From: an uncultured Myxococcales bacterium
Lineage (GTDB): Bacteria > Myxococcota > B64-G9
Length of the DNA: 64,000 nucleotides
Reading direction: 5' to 3'
Assembly: GCA_964454005.1 (NCBI GenBank)
Contig: CAYVQE010000005.1
Coordinates: 4,404 to 68,403 of the forward strand
Part shown: positions 28,978-37,044 of the stretch, piece after piece
Position numbering within the stretch: the first letter of the stretch is position 1
How the letters are laid out: each line of letters begins with the position of its first letter
Notes under the pieces: generated by a model
The model's input: only the letters and a program-made list of their open reading frames with translations
The model's database searches: none
What the model was told of the DNA's origin: nothing
Position numbers and translations under genes: made by a program

Positions 28978-29597
28978 AGCAGGGTGCAGCCGACTACCCC
29001 GGCCACGGTCAGCAGCACGCCCGGAAAGCCGACGCCGCCCATGGCGTCGGTCTCGATTCCGATCCAGAACCGCCGCCGGGGCGTGTGCCAGGTCATGCCC
29101 AGTCCCCCCAGCCAGGACAGCCGGCTGCGGCCGTCGAAGTTTTCGACGCGCACCAGGATGTCCGGCGCCGACCACTGCACGCCGATGCCGCCGCGGGCGA
29201 ACAGATCGAAGCGCTCCAGCGTCCAGCCCAGACGCAGGCCGCCGTGCAGGGCATGGGTGGTAAAGGCGCCGGCGGCCGGCGGATGCGGCTGATCGGTCTC
29301 GTGGAAACCGGCCCGGTAAGCGGCCTCGATGGCCAGGAAATCCCACAGCTCCCAGCCGGCGGCGAAGGTGAAGGCCAGCCCCGGCCGGCTATCGGCGCCC
29401 ACCGCGCCGAGCCAGACCGCCGGGCCCAGGGCCGAGCGCAGGGTCAGCCCGCGGGGCACGCGGTCGGCGGGATCGGGGCAGTCGGCCGGAGCGGTGGCAT
29501 CCTGACCGGCGGACGGTGCCTCGGCGGCGGGTTCCGCCCGGGCGCTGACGGCCGGCGCCGCCATGACGAGCAGCAGGCTGGTCAGCACAGCCCGCAT
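28968..29597 (-). CDS. Outer-membrane beta-barrel-like protein
   Basis: The start MRAVLTSLLLVMAAPAVSARA gives a signal peptide. Alternating amphipathic strands follow, and the C-terminus is aromatic (...LLYY). Confidence 0.6.
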   Translation of the reverse strand: MRAVLTSLLLVMAAPAVSARAEPAAEAPSAGQDATAPADCPDPADRVPRGLTLRSALGPAVWLGAVGADSRPGLAFTFAAGWELWDFLAIEAAYRAGFHETDQPHPPAAGAFTTHALHGGLRLGWTLERFDLFARGGIGVQWSAPDILVRVENFDGRSRLSWLGGLGMTWHTPRRRFWIGIETDAMGGVGFPGVLLTVAGVVGCTLLYY

Positions 29598-29599
29598 GG

Positions 29600-30244
29600 T
29601 CAATCCCCCGGCCGGACGCGCACGGTGACTTCGATGGCCACCGCGGCTTCGGTCGCTTCGTCCAGGCTGACGCCCAGCAGCCAACCCAGCGGTGCCGGGC
29701 TGCCGTCCGGCTCGGTCTCGCACTGCGGGTAGCGGCTCTGGGCGAAGACCAGGTCGGCCTGCTGCAGCTCGGGCTCGCTGAAGGCGTCATCGGTGATCTC
29801 GCCCGGGCCCAGCCGGTGCAGGTGCTCGGCCAGCGGCTCGATGCGCGGCAGGTCGGGCAGCAGGTCCGGCGGCTCGGCGCCGTCGGCCGCGGTCACCCCC
29901 AGCCACACCGTGGCGTTGACCGCCTCGCCCGAGAGGTGGCGCAGCCGGTAGTCGACACGCACCTCCTGCTCGCCGACGGTCAGCACCCGGTAGTCGCAGC
30001 GGCACGGCACCTCGCGCTCGGCTTGGTTCTCGCGGCAGTACTCCAGGTTGTCGTGCTCGCGCTGATCGCTGCGGTCGAGCGGCAGCTCGAAGGTGCGGTA
30101 GGCCGAGCGCTCCTGGATGGCGGTGGGCACTTCCAGGGCGTAGGGCCCGAAGTAGCGTTCGGGCTGACAGCCGCCGGCGACCGCCAGCAGCAAGATGGCG
30201 GCGGCCGGACGGGCGGTGCCGCGGCTGGCTCGAGCGACGCTCAT
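29600..30244 (-). CDS. Lipoprotein, unknown function (position equivalent to GltH/NfsH)
   Basis: The start MSVARAS... precedes the lipobox LLAVAGGC. The gene is coupled by ATGA to the upstream gene and lies 2 nt before the next gene. Confidence 0.5.
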   Translation of the reverse strand: MSVARASRGTARPAAAILLLAVAGGCQPERYFGPYALEVPTAIQERSAYRTFELPLDRSDQREHDNLEYCRENQAEREVPCRCDYRVLTVGEQEVRVDYRLRHLSGEAVNATVWLGVTAADGAEPPDLLPDLPRIEPLAEHLHRLGPGEITDDAFSEPELQQADLVFAQSRYPQCETEPDGSPAPLGWLLGVSLDEATEAAVAIEVTVRVRPGD

Positions 30245-31638
30245 CGGCTGCGTCCGAAGGTGAAGGGGTAGATCACGCGCACCTTGCCTCCCTCGGGGCT
30301 CGGAAACGTCCAGCGCTTGATGAAGCGGATCAGACACGAGGCCACCGCGCGGCCGGCGGCCCGGGGCCGCAGCTTGTTCTGGCCGATCTTGACCGTGCGC
30401 ACCGAACCGTCGGGCTCGATGATGAAATCGACCACCACCTTGCCCTGCAGGGTGGGATAGCGGGTCAGCTTGGACTCGTAGCAGTAGCGGATGGCGCCCT
30501 TGTTGGACTGGACCACCTTGGCGATGGCCGCCTTGGACAGCCGGCCGCCGGTGACCCGGGCCGCGGCGGCCGGCAGCCGCAGCTCGATCGCGGCCGGCTG
30601 GCGGCCGGCCAGCCGGCTGCGCCGGGCCGCCCGGCGGCCGGTGCGGCCGGTGCGCGGCCCGCGGTCGGCCTGGTCGCGGCCGACCGAATCGCCGGCGCGC
30701 CGGGCGCTGACCAGCGGATCGGCGCTGGCGCTGTCGCCGCCCTTGGCGCCGATCACCCGTGCCCGGGCGTTGCGGTCGAGCTGGGCCAGCGCATCGCCGA
30801 GATCCAGGTCGAGCCCGCTCTCGTCGAGCACCTGGGCCAGGGCGCGATCGCGCTTGCGGGCCCGGCCGATGGCGCCGACCACGCCCTTGCGCGCCACCTT
30901 GTCGCGGATGCGGCGCAGCTCGCGCTGATCGGGGGATTCGGCCGCCGCTACCCGCTTGCGCCGCGGTTCGTCCCGCTCGGCCGGCTTGTCCTCGGGCTGC
31001 TGCTTCTGGCGCTCGGCCTTCTTTTCCCGCCGGCGCTCGAGCTCGCGGCGCAGCGCCTTGGCCGATTCGGCGTCGTCGGTGACGAAGGAGACGAAGCGAT
31101 CCGGCAGCTGCTCGATGGTGAACTCGCCCGGCGGCGTGGCGAACAAACGCGAGACCAAAGCCAGCAAGGCGATCACCAGCACGCCGCCGCCGAACAGCTT
31201 GTTGATGTTGGGATCGGCGTCCAACAGCTGGCCCAGCCGCGCCGGCGGCAGCGGCCGCGGCGGGTCGACGAAGTCGAAGGCCAGCCCGGCGTCGCCGAAG
31301 ACCAGCACCCCGCCGTCGCCCGGCGCCAGCCGGTACTCCACCGCGTCGCCGCGCCGGCTGGCCAGGCCGCGGTGGTCGTTGGCCAGATCGGCCACCTCCA
31401 CCGGCCGGCCGCCGATCTGCACCCGGCCAAGCATGCCCGGCACCAGCCGCAGGGTGGCCCCGTCGGCGTCCGGACGCAGCACGGTCAGGCTGCGGCCCGT
31501 CCCGGCCGCCGGCAGGGTGAACGCGGCTCGATGCGACGCGCCCACCGTCACCCGCTCGCCGGGGGCGAACACGCGCTCGTCGAGCAGGGTGTGCTCCCAG
31601 ACCACAGCGCAGCGCAGGTATTTCGCTCGTTCGGCCAT
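30241..31638 (-). CDS. GltG/GltJ-type protein: FHA-like N-domain, one TM helix, charged linker, AgmX/PglI (TonB-C-like) C-terminal domain
   Basis: The start is MAERAKYLRC (ATG 31638). The TM helix is LFGGGVLVIALLALVSRLF. The C-terminus reads GRLSKAAIAKVVQSNKGAIRYCYESKLTRYPTLQGKVVVDFIIEPDGSV, typical of the AgmX/PglI domain. Confidence 0.75.
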   Translation of the reverse strand: MAERAKYLRCAVVWEHTLLDERVFAPGERVTVGASHRAAFTLPAAGTGRSLTVLRPDADGATLRLVPGMLGRVQIGGRPVEVADLANDHRGLASRRGDAVEYRLAPGDGGVLVFGDAGLAFDFVDPPRPLPPARLGQLLDADPNINKLFGGGVLVIALLALVSRLFATPPGEFTIEQLPDRFVSFVTDDAESAKALRRELERRREKKAERQKQQPEDKPAERDEPRRKRVAAAESPDQRELRRIRDKVARKGVVGAIGRARKRDRALAQVLDESGLDLDLGDALAQLDRNARARVIGAKGGDSASADPLVSARRAGDSVGRDQADRGPRTGRTGRRAARRSRLAGRQPAAIELRLPAAAARVTGGRLSKAAIAKVVQSNKGAIRYCYESKLTRYPTLQGKVVVDFIIEPDGSVRTVKIGQNKLRPRAAGRAVASCLIRFIKRWTFPSPEGGKVRVIYPFTFGRSR

Positions 31639-31826
31639 TACAGTCCGCCGCGATTCTCCGCCACCACTGTCAGACGTGTCAAGCGGGCGCCCGGTTCCCT
31701 GATTTCCCACCTCGGCCGCGATCTCTGCGGACCGAAAACCGCATTTCTAACGGGTGTTTTGCATCGTAAGCAATCATGAATTACCATGTCGGGCTGGATG
31801 TGCAACCGCAAATCCGAAGGTGTTGA

Positions 31827-34379
31827 ATGAAGCTCTCGCAGAATTGGTTGACGGTCGTGGCGGGCGTGGCGCTGCTCTGGTTGCCCGCGTGTGGTGGAGA
31901 TTCGGCCTCGCGGACCGACGCGGGGGTCGATGCCGGCATCGATGCCGGAGGCGACGGCGGGCAGGAGCAACCGCCGCTCGAAATCAGGGTTGCCCTGGAC
32001 GAGAGTGTCCAGCCGGAGAGAGAGCTGGTCGAAGGGCCGGAAGAGTGGGGGCCGCGCCAGCTGGCGGCGGTGGCCGACGACGAGGGCGCCGTCTCCAGCT
32101 TCGTGGTCGACGAGCTGGTGCTGGTGTACGAGGAAGCCGGTGAGCTGGATGCGTTCGTCTCCCGCACCGGGGGCACCGTGCTGTTCCAGGTGGAGCCGGA
32201 CGCGGAGGGTGCGGAGGCGCCGGGCATGGCCCTGGTGCGGGTCACCACCGCAGAGCAGGACATCTCCGCCCTGGAAGACGACCTGGTGGCGGTCAACCGC
32301 GCCGCGGGCGTCTTCGGCCAGGCGGAGCTGCGGGTGTCGTCGGCCGACGGCATGCGGCTGGTGGCCCTGGCCAGCTCCGAGGCGCGCTCGGGCGCCGGGG
32401 TGGGCATCAACTTCGTCATGTCGCCTGACGCCATCCCGGGCTCCGCCGAGGAGGCGCCGGTACCGAACACCACCGACGTCTACCACGATGTCTACGAATG
32501 GGACCGCTGGACCCGGGACGGCCCGCTGGCCATCGGGGTGCCCGAGGCCTGGGATCTGCTGTACTACGCGGGCAAGTTGCACAACACGGTGCGGGTGGCG
32601 GTCATGGATCAGGGCTTCACCGCGAACGACGATTTCCAGCGGTGGTCGTCGACCCACGTCTACGGTGGAAGCGGCATGGAGCAGTCTGGAAGCGGAGACA
32701 GCCCCTGGCACGGCACCTGGGTGGCCAGCATCCTCATGGCCCGGCTCGACAACCACTTCGGCTGGGCCGGGGTGGCGGGCCCGGTGAGCCACGGGGTGTT
32801 CATCCACACCCCCTACGACGCGGCCACAGCCAACCTGGCGCTCTACAAGGCCTCGTCGCGCAACGCCCGGATCATCAACATGAGCTTCAGCGGGCGGGTG
32901 CACCACACCCTGAAGTGGGCCCTGCGCTACTATCGGGACAACACCGATCGCCTGCGCAACCGCGGCATCCTGCTGTTCGCCTCGGCCGGCAACGATGGGC
33001 GCAACGTGGATTACGAGAAATGTCTCCAGGGAACCAACTGGTGCTGGGAGACGCATTTCTACTTCCCGTGCGAGAACCCCGGCGTGTACTGCGTGGGCGG
33101 TACGAATGCCTCCGGCGGCAGGCACCAGAGCTCCAACCACGGCAGCCAGAGCGTGGACATCTGGGCGCCGTACGAGGTCTACGTCGGGCCCGATGCCGAC
33201 GACGGGGACGCGAACATTCGCAGGGAGGTCATGGGAACCTCGTTTTCGTCGCCGTTCGTGGCGGGGGTCGCCGCCCTGGTCTGGGCGGCCGATCCTTCTC
33301 TCAGCCGCAGCCAGGTGGCCGAGCTGCTGCTGTCCACCGCCCATCCCCACGGGTACTACAACCGGATCAACGCCTACGACGCCGTGCTGCAGGCGATGGG
33401 GGCGGGGTTCACCGGCCGGATCACCAGCCCCTACGACGGGGCCCGGCTGACGGCCGGCATCCCGGTGACGCTGATGTCCGGGCTCACCGCGGTGGGTGCC
33501 CCGGGAAGCTCCGCGGTGCCGGTGGCGGTGGAGTGGTACACCAGCCCCGGTGGGCTGCTGCACGAGGAGCAGGTGACCATTCCGTTGACCGAAGAAAGCG
33601 GTTACAACACGGCCCAGTCCTCCTGGACCGGAACCCTTGCCGACGACGTTTACGCCATCACCCTGATCACCCGCGCCGACGTGACCCCAGATGGCTGGGG
33701 CGGCCAGGAGATGATCGTGGATCAGGACATGGTGGCGGTCGAGGTGGTCAACCCGCCTCCCGAGGTGAACATCCTCCGGCCCGAACCGGGCTCGTACTGC
33801 CAGGGACAGGTCATCACCTTCCGGGGTAGCGCACAGGACCCGAACGAGACCCTGCCCGACGACGCTTTTTTGTGGATCCTGAACTCGATGAGCAACGCCT
33901 GGTTCCTGCGCATCCTGGGCGAGGCGCCCACCGTGACCGCCGGGAATTTCACGCCCGACGATTACCAGGTGCGCCTGCAGGTGACCGATTCCCGTGGCGC
34001 GATGGGAGAAGACGTACACCAGTTCACCATCCTTTCTTCCTCCCACCCGGACTGCTCGGACCTGCCGCCCCAGGCCACCATCATCCATCCCGGCCAGGGT
34101 GACCGTTTCCAGGTGGACGGGTACGACGCGGACGGCAACTACAAGGATCTCATCCTGCAGGCCACAGCCACCGATCCCGAGGATGACGACGCCACCTTGC
34201 TGCTGGAGTGGTTCTCGGACACCGACGGCAAGCTGGGTGAGGGCGAAAACCTGGACGCGCGCATCCACATGACCGAGCAGTGCGCCCAGGACATCACCGT
34301 CCGCCTGGAGGTCACCGACTCGGATCAGAACATGACCCACGACGAGGTGACCATCAACCTGTGGTACGTGTGCAAATAG
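31827..34379 (+). CDS. S8 (subtilisin-like) serine peptidase lipoprotein with C-terminal PKD/Ig-like repeats
   Basis: The lipobox is LWLPACGG. The catalytic residues are D in VAVMDQGF, H in HGTWVASI, N in SAGNDG and S in GTSFSSPFVAG. About three beta-sandwich repeats follow. Confidence 0.85.
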   Translation: MKLSQNWLTVVAGVALLWLPACGGDSASRTDAGVDAGIDAGGDGGQEQPPLEIRVALDESVQPERELVEGPEEWGPRQLAAVADDEGAVSSFVVDELVLVYEEAGELDAFVSRTGGTVLFQVEPDAEGAEAPGMALVRVTTAEQDISALEDDLVAVNRAAGVFGQAELRVSSADGMRLVALASSEARSGAGVGINFVMSPDAIPGSAEEAPVPNTTDVYHDVYEWDRWTRDGPLAIGVPEAWDLLYYAGKLHNTVRVAVMDQGFTANDDFQRWSSTHVYGGSGMEQSGSGDSPWHGTWVASILMARLDNHFGWAGVAGPVSHGVFIHTPYDAATANLALYKASSRNARIINMSFSGRVHHTLKWALRYYRDNTDRLRNRGILLFASAGNDGRNVDYEKCLQGTNWCWETHFYFPCENPGVYCVGGTNASGGRHQSSNHGSQSVDIWAPYEVYVGPDADDGDANIRREVMGTSFSSPFVAGVAALVWAADPSLSRSQVAELLLSTAHPHGYYNRINAYDAVLQAMGAGFTGRITSPYDGARLTAGIPVTLMSGLTAVGAPGSSAVPVAVEWYTSPGGLLHEEQVTIPLTEESGYNTAQSSWTGTLADDVYAITLITRADVTPDGWGGQEMIVDQDMVAVEVVNPPPEVNILRPEPGSYCQGQVITFRGSAQDPNETLPDDAFLWILNSMSNAWFLRILGEAPTVTAGNFTPDDYQVRLQVTDSRGAMGEDVHQFTILSSSHPDCSDLPPQATIIHPGQGDRFQVDGYDADGNYKDLILQATATDPEDDDATLLLEWFSDTDGKLGEGENLDARIHMTEQCAQDITVRLEVTDSDQNMTHDEVTINLWYVCK

Positions 34380-34512
34380 AGCAGGGAGGTCGACATCGAC
34401 CGTTGCTCGTAACCGCGACGCCTGGATAAGTCGGCAAAACGAAATCAGGTCAAAAATTCCTATAGGACTTATTGCGCAGAGGACCATGGCATATCGCAAA
34501 GGAGGGTGCGAA

Positions 34513-35223
34513 ATGCAGACAGCAAGTCACAAGAGTTGGCTCGCCTTGATCCTGGCGATGGCGCTGGCCGGTACCGGCTGCGACAAGAAAGACAAGGAGC
34601 CCGCCACCGATCCCGGCCCCGCCGGCGAACCGTCCGGGAAAAGAGCAGATGCCCCCGGGGGTAGCGGTCCGTTCGCAGGCTTCGACCTGGGTGCCATCAA
34701 GACCAGGCTGGAGGGTGCCTGGGTGCTGGGCGGCTCCTCTCTCGGCAAGAAGGAAGCCTGGCAGGTCAGCGGCTCGGAGGTGACCGTCTACGACGGAAAG
34801 TCCGAGAAGAAACACGAACTCTCGCTGGTGGCCCCGTGCTACGGAAAGCTCACCTGCGAGGAAGGCGGGGGCACCACCAGCAACTACTTCACATTCGCCT
34901 TCGACGGCGACACCCTCTACAAGGGGCTGGGCCAGGCCGGCCTCAAGAAGGGTGACACGATCGTGGCGTGCATCTCGGGCGAGATCTTCACCTTGCAGGA
35001 CGGCAAGTGCCAGAAGTGGAAGGAATCCATGTTCGGCGACAAGCTCAAGAGTGCGGACGCCGAATGCGCGCTGGAAGGCGATGTCTTCAAGGCCAAGACC
35101 CGCAGCGGCGAAAGCGAACTCGAGATCGAGGGTACAGTGCTGCTCAACCAGCAGATGGCAAAAAACCAGGCCGTCAAGACCACCGACTTCGCCGAAGCCA
35201 AGTCCAAGATCGATGCCGAATAG
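34513..35223 (+). CDS. Lipoprotein, unknown function
   Basis: The RBS AAAGGAGGG precedes MQTASHKSWLALILAMALAGTGC (lipobox). The protein is Lys-rich and the gene is visibly less GC-rich than its surroundings. Confidence 0.6.
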   Translation: MQTASHKSWLALILAMALAGTGCDKKDKEPATDPGPAGEPSGKRADAPGGSGPFAGFDLGAIKTRLEGAWVLGGSSLGKKEAWQVSGSEVTVYDGKSEKKHELSLVAPCYGKLTCEEGGGTTSNYFTFAFDGDTLYKGLGQAGLKKGDTIVACISGEIFTLQDGKCQKWKESMFGDKLKSADAECALEGDVFKAKTRSGESELEIEGTVLLNQQMAKNQAVKTTDFAEAKSKIDAE

Positions 35224-35358
35224 ACATGCTGGAACTGGATACCGGGCCGGTCACCTTGAGTCGTCTTACGTCCTTCCACTCGAAGAAGGCCCTGGGTCCC
35301 ATGGAAAAGACCAGTGTGAGCCCTTCCTGCGACAACCCGAACCCGGCTGCCACAGTGC

Positions 35359-36810
35359 TCACGGCGACGGGAAAACCCGGAAAAACATTTTCGGCTCGTT
35401 CGAACGCCTGGGGGGCTCTGGACGTACCACCTGCCGGACCAGCAAGACGGGACGCTCGGTATCGCTGTCGATTCCGAACAGGAGGTCCAGGATGTGTACG
35501 CCTTGTCCGGGGACAGAGGGGGGACATCGCAGCCGGTATGCGCATGCCTTCGAATACCGGCTCTCGATCCGCTTGACATAGGCGACGAGAGTCTCGTTGT
35601 TCCTGAGATGTTCCGGCACACGGTCTGCAAAGCGAAGGAAGTCGTGGTCGATCGTCTCCGATTTTACCACCGTACAACCGTTCTCGAGGATGTTCTTGTA
35701 GGCTTTCGCCAGCCGACGTCCGTATTTCGTTCCTGATTCAACGAGATGTTCCACAATCGACTTCTCTTCCTTGTCGGCCTCTTTCAATCCGGCCTTCACG
35801 GCGCGTCGTTGCCGAGGTGGGCCCATTCCCTTGCATGACGAAAGACACGATTCGATGACACCGATTTTGGTCTCGAACAGCTCGGCATACGCCTCCCCGT
35901 TCCCCTCCTGCGAGGCTTGGTGCGCCAGCTCATACCATCTGCCTGCAGGCGTCTCTCCCAGCTCCGGATGTGCGGGCTCGAATTGCTCGAGATACCCGGC
36001 CGCGTTTTCGTTCCCCAACTCCCGGGCCCACTCCAGGGCGGTTTTTCCTCTTTTGTCCATGGTGTTTGGATCGGCGCCGTGATCGACCAGGAGCTTGCAT
36101 ATGTCGGCATAGTCGTGCCAGGCAGCTGCGATCAGCGGCGTCTGTCCCCCGGAGTCCTTGCTGTCGACGGTCGCGCCCTTTTCCAGAAGCAGCCTGACCG
36201 CCTCCAGGTTCCCGGACCCCGCCGCTCTGTGCAGGGGCGTGTCCTCGGTCAAGTCCTTTTCGTTCACATCCATGCCGTTATCGATCAGCACCCCGCAAAT
36301 CTCCGTACTGCCGTGTTCCGCAGCCATGTGAAGCGTTCCCTTGAACACATCGTTCTTCGGGTCTGCGCCCCGTTCGATGAAGAACTTGCAGATCGTGACG
36401 TGTCCGTACTTCGCGGCAAAATGCAAAGGAGTGTCTCCTCTCTTGTCGCGCAGGTCCATCCTGGCCCCGTGTTGCACCAGCAGTTCGACGGCATCGCTGT
36501 ACTCGGCATAGCACAAAGCCGTCTCGTGAAGGGGGGTTCGGCCTTGCTTGTTGGTCGCGTCCACGTTGGCGCCATGTTCCAGCAGGAATCTGCACACCTC
36601 GGTCTTTTTGCTCCGGGCGGCGTAGTGGAGGGGGGTGTTGCCGGAATCGTCTTTTGCGTTCACCAGGGAAGGGTTTTCCTCGACGAGCTTTCTGGCCTCG
36701 TCCAGGTCAGGCTTCTGCGCGGCGATGTGGATCCGGCCGGCAACCACGACCGCGGGCAATGACCACAACGACAGACCGAGCACCAACAACAGCAACCTGC
36801 GTACTTGCAT
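35359..36810 (-). CDS. Secreted ankyrin-repeat protein with unknown C-terminal domain
   Basis: The start MQVRRLLLLVLGLSLWSLPAVVVAG gives a signal peptide. About 7 ANK repeats follow (GNTPLHYAA, GRTPLHETA, GDTPLHFAA, GTLHMAAEHG, DTPLHRAA, GQTPLIAAA, GKTALEWA). The gene has low GC. Confidence 0.85.
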   Translation of the reverse strand: MQVRRLLLLVLGLSLWSLPAVVVAGRIHIAAQKPDLDEARKLVEENPSLVNAKDDSGNTPLHYAARSKKTEVCRFLLEHGANVDATNKQGRTPLHETALCYAEYSDAVELLVQHGARMDLRDKRGDTPLHFAAKYGHVTICKFFIERGADPKNDVFKGTLHMAAEHGSTEICGVLIDNGMDVNEKDLTEDTPLHRAAGSGNLEAVRLLLEKGATVDSKDSGGQTPLIAAAWHDYADICKLLVDHGADPNTMDKRGKTALEWARELGNENAAGYLEQFEPAHPELGETPAGRWYELAHQASQEGNGEAYAELFETKIGVIESCLSSCKGMGPPRQRRAVKAGLKEADKEEKSIVEHLVESGTKYGRRLAKAYKNILENGCTVVKSETIDHDFLRFADRVPEHLRNNETLVAYVKRIESRYSKACAYRLRCPPSVPGQGVHILDLLFGIDSDTERPVLLVRQVVRPEPPRRSNEPKMFFRVFPSP

Positions 36811-37044
36811 GACGTTCTCCATGGGACTGGATTGCGGTTCTTCCATGTTTTCGCAATCATTCATACCGTCCGTGCGATTCGATCGTCAACCGAGAGCAAG
36901 GGTCCATACGAGTAGTTGCCGGTGGGCCGTCGAGATCATTTGCCGGTGCATAGACTCCAACGCTGCCCGACCTTTTTGGTTGCGGCGGCGGTTCTCGCCG
37001 TGCCATGCAGAGGGGCGATTCCACGAACCGAGGAGGCCGACAGC

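Noticed and set aside
31795-31810. A weak sigma-54-like element, TGGATG-N5-CCGCA, upstream of the S8 protease gene.
   Set aside because: Only the GG/GC dinucleotides match. It would also leave a 5' UTR too short to include the RBS.
31638-34499. A 953-aa minus-strand ORF opposite the S8 protease gene.
   Set aside because: It is an antisense shadow of a gene with a complete Asp/His/Asn/Ser catalytic signature, and it has no motifs of its own.
34380-36900. The low-GC islet considered as a mobile element.
   Set aside because: No integrase, transposase, tRNA target or flanking direct or inverted repeats were seen. Only compositional evidence exists, so it is reported as a finding rather than annotated as a mobile element.
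36811-37044. A possible cobalamin riboswitch upstream of the TonB-dependent receptor (GGTGCATAGACTCCAACGCTGCCCGAC vaguely resembles the core).
   Set aside because: The downstream CCACTG element and the B12-box are absent, so the resemblance is too partial. A covariance-model scan would settle it.
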